A DNA stretch of 64,000 bases from Octopus vulgaris (lineage: Eukaryota): positions 39,246,001 to 39,310,000 of the forward strand of contig OX597835.1 of assembly GCA_951406725.2 (NCBI GenBank), read 5' to 3'. Position 1 is the first letter of the stretch, and each line of letters opens with the position of its first letter. Below the pieces are notes generated by a model. That model was given only the letters and a program-made list of their open reading frames with translations. It searched no databases and was not told where the DNA came from. Positions 25,438-38,946 of this stretch are shown here, piece after piece. Made by a program: the position numbers and the translations under genes.

Positions 25438-26180
25438 ACCAATGACGGCAGCATTTCCAACAGCACCCGAGACAGTCACTTTTGGGCTGTACAGTGGTTT
25501 TTCGTGGAGATCTCTCGGATTTTCAAGAGCTCAATAACGACAGTTCTGTTGGTTCACCATGCCACTGAGATGAAAATGAGCTTCATCGCTCATTAACAAA
25601 ATAAAGTTGTCAGTTGCTTCAAAAACTGCATCCATCTGACGTGCGAAGTTAAGCCGCTGTGCATAGTCCCATGGTTTCAATTGTTGTCCAATGACCAATT
25701 TGTACGGGTAGAAATTCAGGCCTTCATGCAAAATACACCTTACCAAGTTCAGTGCAATGCCTCTGAACAGAGCGATTCGGACTCTGTATCAAAGCTTGTC
25801 TGACGCGTTCCACATTTTCCGGGGTCCGTACCATTCCTGACGCCCCCATCAGTCTCCTATGTGTTATAGTGTACCTCGTGTACGAATTGCATTTACCGAA
25901 CGTAAGATTGTGTTACGGGTGGGAACAGCCTGATTTCGGTGAATGCTGAAGTGGCGCCGAAACTCACGCTGAACTGCTATGACAGACTCGTTATTCTTCA
26001 CATAACTGTCGTTGGCAAACACGCGATGCTCTATCGTCCACAGCACCATGGCTTCACCTGAAAAGAAATAAAAATAACTAAGACACCACGGACCGAATTG
26101 GCACTTGTTGGACATATGTCCCTTCCACTGGGGCTGAGAAATAGACACTTCAAAAGCGTCCGTCCTCTCTCTGCCCCAAG
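25438..26180 (-). pseudogene. IS630-Tc1-mariner transposase relic (maT/rosa-like, DUF4817-type N-terminus)
   Basis: WTIEHRVFA..YVKNNESVIAVQREFRRHF..VPTRNTI, RTPENVERVR, LNFYPYKL, MSDEAHFHLSGMVNQQNCRY. Frameshifted and 3' truncated. Confidence 0.85.
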
Positions 26181-26283
26181 ACAAGGCGTAAATAATGATC
26201 ATTATATATTTCTCCTTTATTGGAGTAAATTAGACTAATAACAGAAAAAATATGTAATGACCGCGTGTATGTATGTACATATA

Positions 26284-26849
26284 TTGGGTTGTCCGGAAAG
26301 TTCGTGCCGATTTATAGTAGCTTACATTTCGACTTATTTTAGAACATGATTGAGTCCATAAAATAGGATCTGACTACACCTCCATTTAGAGCACAGTTTA
26401 AGCTATCTTTTCGTGGAAGAAGGTTTATGTTCCTATAACCTGTGTTAATTCTGTAACCCTTTAAAATGGAAGATAAGAAAGTTCAATTTCGGCACTTGAT
26501 GCTTTGGGAACCAGACAAAAATTGCTGCAGCTCGGCTGGGGTGTGTTACCCCACCCTCCATATTCACCAGATATTGCTCCTTCGGATTTCCACTTATTCA
26601 GGTCTCTGCAGAATAGTCTTAATGGTAAAAATTTCATTTCTTTGGATGACGTAAAAAGATACCTTGATGAACTCTTTGCCATGAAACCACCTCAGTTCTG
26701 GGAAGAGAGTATTTTCAAGTTAAAGGAAAGATGGAGATGCATTGTGCAACAAAATGGTTCATATTTGGTTGATTAAAAATGTAATGGCAAGTGCTTATTG
26801 ACCTTTTTCTTTCCTTTAAAAATCGGCACGAACTTTCCGGACAACCCAA
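26284..26849 (+). mobile_element. Internally deleted mariner element with perfect 30-bp TIRs and TA TSD
   Basis: ttgggttgtccggaaagttcgtgccgattt ... aaatcggcacgaactttccggacaacccaa. MEDKKVQFRH N-terminus is fused to the HPPYSPDIAPSDFHLF C-terminus. Confidence 0.95.
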
Positions 26850-27455
26850 TATATAACACAGAATTTATGTTGTATGGTGTTTAATATACCTGCATTTGTC
26901 TATGTTTTTCTAATCCATACCACTGGCCATGCACAGCTACTTTTCTTAGCTCGGTTTTGTATTGTTTACCTATATCTGCAAGTGTCTGACTTGTTTGAAT
27001 ATAACACATTTGTAAACTATGTCACATTAACAGAAAACAAAACAAAACGAATCGAACTCATAGAACGCGATAGATTATAAATCAAACAGGTTCTTTTTTA
27101 TTGTTTTTTCAATAAGCCATGTCTCCTTTACACAAATAGTGCCAAGCAACTTGCTCAAGGTCGCAAATACCATTGTTAGCTGGAGACATTGATCTTAGTC
27201 TAAAGTTATCACTTATTATACTTGACATAAGAGTGCAAGGTTTCTCGTGTTGCCATGGAGAAAAAATCTATAAATAACACAACATTGCAGACATGGTCGT
27301 ATGGTTAAAGAGTTTGCTTTCCAGCCACATGGTTTCGGGTTCAATCCCACAGCATGGCAACTTGGGCAAACATCTTGTACAATAGCCCCGGGCCGAATAA
27401 TGCCCTAAGAGTGAATGTGATAGACGGGAAAAGTATCTAAAACAGTAACATATAA

Positions 27456-27525
<70 letters not shown>

Positions 27526-27884
27526 GTGTGTGTGTGTGTGTTTATCTCTGACCACCGCTTGATAACCACCGTTGGTTATCAAGAACTCCAAAATATTAAT
27601 TCATGAAACAGGATACTCGTATAATTTAATATGAATAAATAATTCAACATTATAATATCCGAAAGTTGATGAACAAACTAAATTGCTTCTCCATTTTCTT
27701 ATTTGTATTATAAATTAATGGTAAAATATTTCTTTACCTTCACCCGTTTAATACAATAAATAAGTTAATTGCATTGCAATTAAAAGCATTTATGTATTAA
27801 GAATTTGGGTACTTTACCAACAGTATATTGGATAAATACTATCCCTTAGTGGGTTGCACCCATAACCCCTAACTTATTTTGTGG

Positions 27885-28070
27885 TATAGATCGTTAGCTC
27901 CTACACGCATTTTTTTTCTCTCCTTGTTTTTTCTGTGTATCTTTCTGTCGAAGAGCGTAGGCTCGAAACGTAAAAGACTTTTTCTATTCCTGAGCGCTAT
28001 ACTAATACATTTGTTTGTTTGTACTCCACCTGCCTTCGTCTTTTGCTTATTTTCGTAAACTTTCCCTTTA
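27885..28070 (+). mobile_element. Repeat family C: short HHR-like element ending at (TA)n (motif at 27940-27977)
   Basis: tcttt CTGTCGA a gagc gtag gctc GAAAC GTA aaaga. Seven copies in the window. Confidence 0.8.
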
Positions 28071-28869
28071 TATATATAATGTAATATGATATAATATAAT
28101 ATATGTGTGTGTATACATATGTACATGTATGTGTGTGTATCGAGGTAAATTTCATAAGAGTTTAAAGAAATCATGTGACCCGTTTTTATGCTTCGCAAAT
28201 TATTCAAACAAGTAATTGCTTAAACCAAACTCCTAGAATTGACTCTGAGTTTTTTGGGTTTTTTTCTTTTGCTGGGCCGCTATGACTCATAAAACCAGTT
28301 ACCCGATTCTGAACGGTATGTACATGAGCAACATCGCACCATTTCACTAGAGCAGAACGCTGATCCCTTGCAAGTTTCATGGCTAGGAATACTTGACAGG
28401 TATTATGTATTATTGATCTCGGAAGGGATGAAAAGTAAATGGATAGTAAATTTGACATCGGTGGGATTTGAACCCAAAAGCTAAATAGCCTGAAGAAATA
28501 TCGCTCAAAATTTTCTCCAGCGTGCTACCAATTCTGCCAACTCGCCGACTTCGAAATTTTTATTTGGAGGTAATTTTCTTCACAAGGTTTTCTTAGCAGG
28601 GACGGTACTAGAAAGTGAGGGGCCATTTTCAGAGAATAGTCAGTGGGACCCTCTACTCTATAAATGCTGAAGATTTATTGAGTGACCGTTGCTGCTAACA
28701 TAGCGCTGAGGTATTTGAATGGGTTAATGGAAATAAGTAGACATTTTCCCAGACTGTTTTTCTTGACATTTCCCAGTCTAGACATTTCTTCTAAGGATTG
28801 GCCTTTGCGCCTGTAATATAAAGCTTTTGTTAAACATTCCGCATTGTCATATATATATATATATATATA

Positions 28870-29007
28870 TAAAGGGAAAGTTTACGAAAATAAACAAAAG
28901 ACGAAGGCAGATGGAGTACAAACAAACAAATGTATTAGTATAGCACTCAGGAATAGAAAGAATCTTTTACGTTTCGAGCCTACGCTCTTCGACAGAAAGA
29001 TACAGAA

Positions 29008-29010
<3 letters not shown>
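28870..29010 (-). mobile_element. Repeat family C copy
   Basis: Motif at 28963-29000, (TA)n on both sides. Confidence 0.8.
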
Positions 29011-29071
<61 letters not shown>

Positions 29072-29434
29072 ATATTTCGGAATGGTCATTTTTGCCAGTT
29101 TAGCCAATAAAAACACACGCACTATATATTTGGTGTTACTTTGCTTCAGTGTTATTTATTTTTTACATTAATCTTAATCTTATTTCGGCCAGAGTTCTTT
29201 CGTCACACTCCTGTGACCGCATCAGTGGTCCTTTGTTTTCTTCTTTCTTATTTGTGTCTCTCCTTACTAAACATTTGCGCATGCTTATATCTCTATGTGC
29301 GTTTATGTTTATTTAGTGTGTGTATGTGGGGGATGCCTGTAATATTTGTATCTTCTGTTTATATATATTCATGTAATTTGTATTTTGTTTTTTGTTTTTG
29401 TTGTTTTTGTTTATTCTTATCAGTGAGAGGCTAA

Positions 29435-30739
29435 TAAGCTTGTGGATGATATCAACTAGGTATATAATTTTCACAGGCAGAATGCAGCTAAATCAAGAAA
29501 ATTATGGCCGTGTGAAGTAAGGATGTGCAGAGCGCGCATTCAGGCGATGGCTGAGGAGGTCCCATTAGAAATAGTATCTGCCACAGGGGAACACTTTCAC
29601 AGTACTATTGTGAATAATGTGAAATCGAGAATTGTCCTCTGTTTTATAAAAGCCAAAATCTTGTCATCAAAAGAAACCACGAGAATTGTAATTGCTACAG
29701 AATGTTCTTCTCTACAAGATGAGGCGTTGGCTGGACTGCCAGCAACATCAAGTTTATCATGAAGTATACGTCGATGGAGACAGCAGAATAGTAATGCTCC
29801 CCTATTCCATCAGAAGGATATGGTTTTGATATCCCACTAGAGTACTGCAAATTTGAATCAGGGGAAGTATTTTTGCAATTTGATAATGATACTGGCGCAG
29901 AAGATAAGGAAAGAATGCTAATTTTCGCCTCATCAACAGGGCTGGGTGAGCTGTCTTGTTAAAATTCATGACTGAACTGTCGATGGAACATTTAAAGTTT
30001 GTCCATCTATGTTTGTCCACCAGTTATATACAATCATCATTCAAATAGATAATTTCAATGTACCTCTTGTTTTTGCAAGCAACTTATGATTGGTTGTTTT
30101 CTCAGCTAGTTTCTCTTCGCCCTGATGTCTAGCCTAAACGGTATATGATGAACTTCGAAAAAGCCCCCACGAAGAGCCTTATTTCAGGATTTCCTGACAT
30201 AGAGGTAATTGGTTGTTGATTTGATCTTCTCAAAACCTCTACCGAAAAATTGTCCAGTCAGGTCATAAAGTCCAATATAATAGAGATGAAGTATTTCGTC
30301 TGAAGATAAAGTGCATTACATCACTTACTGTTTTTTTTTTACCAGTGACTGATGTTATTGTTGCATACGAAGAACTGTCCGATGGCGATGGTTTGCCACA
30401 AGAATTTGTGTCTAACAGCAGAAGCGTGAACTACAACGGGCTTGTTCCACAGAGAACGTTTCCGCTTACTTTTGGGTACCTCCGACTAAGGCCAGAGGGC
30501 AGAAACTTCGAAGTCACTATCACCCCTCTTTTACTCTTTTACTTGTTTCAGTCATTTGACTGCGGCCATGCTGGAGCACCGCCTTTAATCGAGCAACTCG
30601 ACTTATTCTTTTGTAAGCCCAGTACTTATTCTATCGGTCTCTTTTGCCGAACCGCTAAGTAACGGGGACATAAACACACCAGCATCGGTTGTCAAGCAAT
30701 GCTAGGGAGACAAACACAGACACACAAACATACACGCAT

Positions 30740-30794
<55 letters not shown>

Positions 30795-30990
30795 TACGAC
30801 GGGCTTCTTTCAGTTTCCGTCTACCAAGTGACATAAATAGGACCCGAAAGAAGAAGAGGCGCTACAAGACATCGTCTGGTTCCAATAATTCCAATTGACG
30901 TATGAAATATTTCAGAGAGGACTTGAGACTAACATGACTAGAACTAATAATAAATAGCCTTGAAGGCTTCCATAATGCCTTACAAAATTC
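29435..30990 (+). pseudogene. Mutator-like (MULE) transposase relic with FLYWCH-type N-terminus, interrupted at 30412-30826
   Basis: WPCEVRMCRARI..GEHFH, VDGTFKVCPSMF.HQLYTI, FEKA..FP..IGC*F, LPVTDVIVAYEEL and RTNN.LEGFHNAL, with many stops and frameshifts. Confidence 0.8.
30527..30826 (-). mobile_element. SINE family A, 5' truncated
   Basis: Shares a private deletion with the 30992 copy. Confidence 0.9.
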
Positions 30991-30991
30991 A

Positions 30992-31150
30992 AGTGGCTGT
31001 GTGGTAAGGAGCTAGTTTACCAACCACATCGGCCCGGGTTCAGTCCCACTGCGTGGCACCTTGGGCAAGTGTCTTCTACTATAGCCTCGGGCCGACCAAA
31101 TCCTTGTGAGTGGATTTGGTAGACGGAAACTGAAAGAAGCCCATCGTATA

Positions 31151-31212
<62 letters not shown>

Positions 31213-31432
31213 TGTGTGTGTTTGTGTGTCTGTGTTTGTTCCCCTAGCATTGCTTGACAACCGATGCTAGTGTGTTTATGTCCTCGTTACTTAGCGGTTC
31301 GGCAAAAGAGACCGATGGAAGAAGTACTGGGCTTACAAAAGAATAAGTCGAGTTGCTCGATTAAAGGCGGTGCTCCAGCATGGCCGCAGTCAAACGACTG
31401 AAACAAGTAAAAGAGTAAAAGAGTAAAAGAGT
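30992..31432 (+). mobile_element. SINE family A
   Basis: Matches the consensus except that the cctgggg segment is missing. Confidence 0.9.
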
Positions 31433-31489
31433 ATACCCATCTAGTTAAGGAATATTCCCTGAGTAGGTGGGCGTATAACAACATGGCAG

Positions 31490-32435
31490 CCGACACTCAA
31501 GATCTTTAGTGAGACTTAGCTTGATGAGGACCAGACTGCAAAATCGATGCAACACATGTTGAACTGCCAGGTAAAATCTCTGGTTAACAAATTTCATCAG
31601 GAGGAATAAATTCTGTGTGGACAATTCCTTTCGCATCGGTGAAACAAATCAGCGTCGTCTTGATATTGGACTTCACTTGGCAAACTTTTGGTGGGGCATG
31701 GAGACATTGAATGCGTCCATTGACTTGATTGCTGCTTCGTTTCTGGGTCGTATCCGTCGTACCAGCTTTCGTCATCAGTGATGACCATCGCAAAAAGGTT
31801 CGGATCAACTTTCAACTGTTTTTTCAGTTCACGATTCCCATTTAGTCGTAACCGCTTTTGATCTTCCGTGAGCAAGCGAGGCACAAATTTTGCTGCATCT
31901 CTTTTCATTCGCAATTTCCTCGCTCAAAATTCGTTGGCAGAAGCTCCAGATATTGCCAGCCATATCAACAAATTCGTCGATTGTTCGATAATGGTCCTCT
32001 AAGATCTGTTCATGAATTTTCATGATGTTTTCATTCGTTGGGGAGGACGACGATCGTCCTAAAGAAGAATGGTCTTCAAGCGAGAAGTGGTCGTTCTTAA
32101 AGCGTGGAAACCACCCATAAGCTTGTGTATTGTTCATGACAGCGACCTTATAAGCAATTTAAAGTATGACAACGGTTTCGGCTGCCATTTTCCCCAGCAG
32201 AAGACAGAATTTCACGGAGGCATGCTGTCCCTACGTTTCAGCCATCGCAAAAATCGACGAACTGGGGAGAAGAACAGCATACAAAGCCGCATTGCGTGAC
32301 AGTGCGACTTAACACGACGACTCTGGTCGACAGACTGATGCTTGAGGATCGCTTCAAGTGGCTTCTAACAGCAGAAGCGTGAACTACAACGAGCTTGTTC
32401 CACAGAGGACGTTTCCGCTTACTTTTGGGTACCCC
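31490..32435 (-). pseudogene. Mariner transposase relic (irritans-like)
   Basis: WFPRFK..SLED..GR, AAKFVPRLLT, ITDDESW..YDPETKQQSSQW, KGIVHTEFIP. Frameshifted. A related fragment lies at 56090-56310 (+). Confidence 0.88.
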
Positions 32436-32573
32436 TACTAAGGCCAGAGAGCAGAAACTTCGAAGTCACTATCACGTCTCTTTTTTTTTTTTTTTTGGTC
32501 TTTTGTATTCTGCAAATACAATTATTGAGTAAATACTTCAATTTAAGGCTACACAATTTTCATTAGTTAATCT

Positions 32574-32860
32574 TTTGGCTCATAAAGCAAAAAGCAAGGC
32601 CATTTAGGGGGACATGGAGTTATGTACAGGGTGGTGTTCATGCAAAGAGTTTAGGCCACTTGTGGTCAAGAGAGATTTTGAACCGAGCGGTCGTCGGCAT
32701 CTTCACTATCTCGTCCGGCAGCTTATTCCACGGATCCGCAACTCGAACGGAGAAAGCCCCTATCCTTCGATTGAGATGAAATAATCGCAGATAGAGCTTT
32801 TCGGAGTGACCCCGCAGCCGACACTCTGGAGCAGGTGTGAAGAACAGTTCTTTCGAGGGG
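32574..32860 (-). mobile_element. 3' end of a second CR1-type LINE
   Basis: HSEKLYLRLFHLNRRIGAFSVRVADPWNKLPDEIVKMPTTARFKISLD..*. Confidence 0.8.
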
Positions 32861-34289
32861 TTACACTTTCCGCTTATGATGTTGTGAGCGAGAATGAGAT
32901 CACCACGGCGTCGTCGTTTTTCTATAGAATAAAGGTTTCGTTGTGTCTAGGGAGGGTCATTATGCCAATGTTTTCATTAGAATTCAACATAAAAAGCATT
33001 TACACCACACACACACACACACGCGCGCGCGCAACATACATAAAACCGCTGTAACACAACGATTGGACAAAGAATTTGATTCGCTAAACCAGAAATTTCA
33101 AATAAGTATTGTGGTTGATTAGTTCCACAAACATCTTGATGGTGTTGCTCCAGCGTAGCCGTTGTTTATTTTCACTTCGAACAAGCAAAACAATAAAAAG
33201 CAATTGAAAGCATATCTCATACAAGCAAAAACATGAAGATTTTTTTAAAAAATGGTTTTCAAGGGAAATAACTTTGAAGTAAAATATGGAGAGTTATTTC
33301 CCTTGAAAAATTCACACTATATACTTGTTTAAATGTTGTTTTGGTGAAAAGAGTAAAAATCATACGGACGAAATTTAAATGACAGACAGACAGACTGACA
33401 GATAGATAGATAAATAAAGTGGGTGAGTGAGAAAGAGAGAGTGGGAGATGTGTGGAGGTGTATGTACGATGTCCTGTGTATGGCTTTAAACTGCATCCTG
33501 TAGTAGAGCCCTGATCCGGTAATTCCCGGGTTTTGAGAAGTGTGGAACCACCTCTTAGACACCATTCTCCCCAGTTCTACTCTGACCCAGAATAGCTCTT
33601 GTTGGGATCCCAGCTGCAGATTTACGAGAATTTGAACTACAGGAAGTAAAGAACCCTTATTTTTGGTACAAAAGGCAACCTCTTATAAAAAGGACCTGAA
33701 ATCGAATCTGGGTCCTTCATATTATGAATCTGGGTTTCCTTCTGTGAATCCCTAGTGGCTGCAACGGTCTTTGCCTTCTTGATGGTGATTTCTAGACAGA
33801 ATTCATTAGAGACACGATCCCAATTTGATTAATTAGTTGTAATGGTACTTATTTTATCGACCCGGAAATGGTGAAGAGCGAAGTCGATCGCGGTGTAATT
33901 TGAACTGAGAACCTGGAATACATTTGGTTTCTGGTCGTCTCAACCTCTGTTGTGCCACTGATTTTATCGCTAATTACTCTGAAAAATAGGTTCTGTGTTG
34001 TGACACACTTTATCTACTCAAAACGAATTCACAGAAACTACTTTTATGAACTTACAGACTTTAGGAAGAGGATATATTTGGTCACGAGTTGACTTCCTCG
34101 ATGTACGATATATGTATGAACGATGCACGGTCATTGCAGACATCCTTTGTCTTTAGTATTAAGGCTAAGATCATTTCTGTCAGTGATGGTCATACTCGTC
34201 TACCAGACGACAGCCACCATGTACGCTGTGTTTATATATATTTATATATTTATATATATTGTATCTATGTGTATTGTATTTATATATAT

Positions 34290-34490
34290 ATTTCTTTATT
34301 GTCCACAAGAGGCTAAACACAGAGAGGACAAACAAGGACAGAAAAATGGATTAAGTCGATTACATCGATCCCAGTGCGTAACTGGTACTTTATTTATCGA
34401 CCCCGAAAAGATGAAAGGCAAAGTCGACCTCGGCGGAATTTGAACTCACAACGTAACGACAGACGAAATACCACTACGCATTTCGCCCGT
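34290..34490 (-). mobile_element. SINE family B
   Basis: Matches the family B consensus. Confidence 0.88.
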
Positions 34491-34819
34491 ATGTTTGTGT
34501 TCATGTGTGTGGATATGTATGTATACATACATGTGTGTGCACCGCGCGCGTGTCTGTATACGGAGAAAGAGAAAGAGAGAGGCAGACATATAGACAGGCA
34601 GACAGACCGATAGGAAAAGAGGTTGACGACTGAAAACTGCATAGCTGTACAAATCTCTGCGCAATAACAACGTTGCTCGTCACAAGTTGTAATATCGCCT
34701 AAAGAGTTAAATTTAGAATCCACAACGACGAACCAATAACTTTTTAACAGGGATCTCAGCCCACATCTAATGTCTGTACATATATGTGCAGGTATAGGAA
34801 GATTTCACAAACATTTTTT

Positions 34820-35005
34820 AAAAAAGACGAAGACAGGTGGTGGAGACAACAAACAGATGTATTAGTATAACGCTCGAAAAGTGGAAAAGTCTTTAACGTT
34901 TCGAGCTTACGCTCTTCTACAGAAAGAGACACAGAATAAAAACACAGGAAGAAACAATGAGAGAAAATAAAGAATGTGTAGTGGTTAGCAATCTGTCATG
35001 GCGAT
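34820..35005 (-). mobile_element. Repeat family C copy
   Basis: Motif at 34890-34927 (CTGTAGA a gagc gtaa gctc GAAAC GTT). Confidence 0.78.
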
Positions 35006-35063
<58 letters not shown>

Positions 35064-35119
35064 ATAGTATGTATGTATATATGTATGTATGTATGTATAT
35101 ATGTATGTATGTATATATG

Positions 35120-35173
<54 letters not shown>

Positions 35174-35291
35174 CATGTATATATGTATGTATGTATATAT
35201 GGATGTATGTATATATGGATGTATGTATATATGGATGTATGTATATATGTATGTATATATGTATGTATATGTATATATATATATATATATA

Positions 35292-36209
35292 TTTAAAAAT
35301 TAAGGGTAAAAATTGATATTAGTCAATTAAAACCAGTGGTCTAGCATATTAAAAAGAATCCGAAGATTAAAATATTTATATATACCAATAAAGGACTGAA
35401 CACGAAAAAGTGGACAGTCAACATGCTAGATATAGACGTCAAATTGTCATTCTCCACAAAGATTATGTTCTCAAATAAAATAAAATTCAGCACGACCCAA
35501 AGCAATAAATAAGACAAAAGAAATATACGAAATGGAATAATCACCTGTGTACCGAACGGTTTCAGTTATTAATATCACAAGGATATCTGTAACTTCGTCA
35601 GCACAGTTTGTTGAGAACATAATCTTTGTGGAGAATGGCGATTTGACGTCTATATCTAGCATGTTGACTGTCCACTTTTTTGTGTTCAGTCCTTAATTGG
35701 TATATATAAATATTTTAATCTTCGGATTCTTTTTAATATGCTAGACCACTGGTTTTAATTGACTAATATCAATTTTTACCCTTAATTTTTAAATATGAAA
35801 TATATGTTCTTAAACCGATAAATTGACTGCTGCTAATTATTAGCTGCAGGCTGGTTTTTCGAGTCTCAGCGCGCCAAAAGTAAAGGCATTTGAAAGATAC
35901 ATTCGAACTTAATCGGTTGTACTTTTTTGCATACGAGACCCCGGTATCGTTTTTCATCTAGTCCAGCAAATTATGTTCATAACAAACTGTGCTGACGAAG
36001 TTACAGATATCCTTGTGATATTAATAACTGAAACCGTTCGGTACACAGGTGATTATTCCATTTCTTATATTTCTTTTGTCTTATTTATTGCTTTGGGTCG
36101 TGCTGAATTTTATTTTATTTGAGAACATAATCTTTGTGGAGAATGGCGATTTGACGTCTATATCTAGCATGTTGACTGTCCACTTTTTCGTGTTCAGTCC
36201 TTAATTGGT
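35292..36209. mobile_element. PLE-like element with inverted plus tandem terminal repeats (35292-35610 -, 35611-35794 +, 35980-36209 +); HHRs at 35545-35606 (-) and 35987-36048 (+)
   Basis: ctgtg CTGACGA agtta...taact GAAAC cg tt cg GTA cacag. (TA)n on both sides. Confidence 0.85.
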
Positions 36210-36281
36210 ATATATATATATATATATACCTCCACAAATATACACATACATGAACATATATCTACACATACACACATATAT

Positions 36282-36330
<49 letters not shown>

Positions 36331-36444
36331 CATACATATATATTTATATGTATATATATATATACATATATATATATACATATGTATATATATGTATGTA
36401 TGTATATATGTGTATATATATATACATACTCTCTTATACACACG

Positions 36445-36735
36445 CACACCTTTGTGTTGGGGGCACCTTCGTATTGGAAGTCACTTGACCCTGTTATCTC
36501 CCCTACTGTCCCTCTCGCGTCTGACCATTGTCCGAAGTCAGTACACCATGATAGATCGTTAGCTACTACACGCATTTTTTCTCTCCTTGTTTTTTTTCTG
36601 TGTATCTTTCTGTCGAAGAGCGTAGGCTCGAAACGTTAAAGACTTTTTCTATTCCTGAGCGTTATACTAATACATTTGTTTGTTTTGTACACCACCTGCC
36701 TTCGTCTTTTGTTTATTTTCGTAAACCTTCCCTTT
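36445..36735 (+). mobile_element. Repeat family C, long copy
   Basis: Motif at 36605-36642. Extra 5' sequence is shared with 62625-62945. Confidence 0.8.
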
Positions 36736-37020
36736 ATATATACATACATACATACACACACACACAAACACACACACACATATACATACATACATACATA
36801 CATACATACATACATACATACATACATACATACATACACATACATGCACATACTAATACAATTGTTTGTTTGTATTCCACCTGCCTTCGTCTTTGTTTAT
36901 TTCCGTAAACCTGCCTTCGTCTTTTGTCTATTTTCATAAAGCTTCCCGTTATATATATATATATATATATATATATACGCGCTATCTATCTATATATATA
37001 TATATATATATATATACGCG

Positions 37021-37062
<42 letters not shown>

Positions 37063-37754
37063 GCGCTATATATATATATATATACGCGCTATATATATAT
37101 ATATATATATACATATATGCGCGCTGGCGTGGCTATGTGGTAAGAAGCTTGTTCCCCAACTACATGGTTCCGGGTTCAGTCCCACTGCGTGGTACCTTGG
37201 GCAAGTGTCTTCTGCTAAAGCCGCAGACCCACCAAAGCCTTCTATAAATACAATACACATAGACGGAAACTAAACAAAAAGCCCGTGATGTAGATAACTT
37301 CGATTGGTTTCGGCCATTATTGTCCCAGGCCATGACTAACTCAATAGCACCACCTGGAAAAGTTTTTTCATTAATTATTTCGTGATACCATGGACCATTC
37401 AGAGAGTTGTTGTTCGCTCTGAGACGTGTCCGGGTGTAGGTGGCTTATCCGGTATTTCCTAGAGGAATTTATTCAGATACCGTTTGGAAGTTGTTGGGGT
37501 TTTTTTCTACTTAAATTTCTTTCGGAATAACATTGATAAGAGCAGGACCGTGTCTTTGTGTCTGTTTTTGTCCCGTCCCCACCCACCATAGCTTGGCAAC
37601 CGTTGTTGTGTTTAAGTCTTAAGTGTTCTGCAAAAGAGACCGATTAGAATAAGGACTAGGCTTACAAAGAAGAAGTCCTGGGTTCGATTTCTTTGATCAA
37701 AAACCCTCTAAGGTGATGCTCCTGCATGGCCACGGTCAAACTAGTTATATATAC

Positions 37755-37805
<51 letters not shown>

Positions 37806-37810
<5 letters not shown>

Positions 37811-38786
37811 GAAGGACTAAATGGCAGCATAGTTGCTCCCCTATTTGTTTATCTATGTGCTAGTTGTTGCTTGTGGTTATGTATGTGTATAAGTGTATGT
37901 GTGTGTGTATACATATAATTATGTGTGTATGTGCGATTGATCTGTGGATGCGCGTGTGAATATTGGCGTTCCTTGACTAACTAACCGTAAAATTTCTTTT
38001 GTGATTTAAATTTCAAACTACTAGCCAATCGAATTAATCTAAATTATCTTTACCTAGTGGTCAGAATTTCTAAACTCATAGTTATTTCGATCTTGAAAGG
38101 ATAGACTTGGTGCAAACTTAACTGTATCTATTATTATTATTATTATTATTGTTAATATTAATAGTAATTTTTATTGACTTTTATAGCTTTATAATTTTAT
38201 GAACTGAACCATGGTTTTAATTATTATTTTTCATCTCCCTATGTGTTAGTTTTTTAAAAACTATTAGCCAAATATGTATAATAACTGTGCTTATTAATAT
38301 TAATATATACACTGATATATATTTTGTTTTATTTTGTTTTGTTTACCTTGCATTATTGTACCAATGAGTATTATATTATACAAGTGTAGCATTATGAAGT
38401 TATGCATAAGTTTTTATATTTTACATTTTTATATTTTTATATTTATATGTATATGGAAAAATAATTTTTTCACAATTATAACAAATTTAATTCTCTGAAG
38501 AGGCCGTGGGGCATCCTTGTTAATGCCTCATTTATACCTGCCTTTATGGCTTATAGGTTAAATGAGGTATGACTGCCCTTGCTGCCGAAACAGCTGTCAG
38601 ATATGATTTAATTACATATTATATTTGAAATTTTATACTTACATCTCTTTGTCTATTTACCTTTACTGTATATTTTGTATAATGCCTTTACTGATATGTA
38701 ATGGTGTAATAAAGTATTGAGTGGGTATCATCTGATAGTTGATGTTTTATTGATTTAAGTATGTTTCTCCATTTTCTAATTTTGTA

Positions 38787-38788
<2 letters not shown>
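37806..38788 (+). mobile_element. AT-rich PLE-like 3' region between (TA)n tracts, with a canonical HHR at 38492-38601
   Basis: tct CTGAAGA ggc [long hairpin] gcc GAAAC agct GTC aga, with palindromic ACAGCTGT stem III. Confidence 0.75.
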
Positions 38789-38839
<51 letters not shown>

Positions 38840-38906
38840 CACACACACACACACACATATATATATACATATATATGTATATATATATATATGTGTGTGT
38901 GTATAC

Positions 38907-38946
<40 letters not shown>

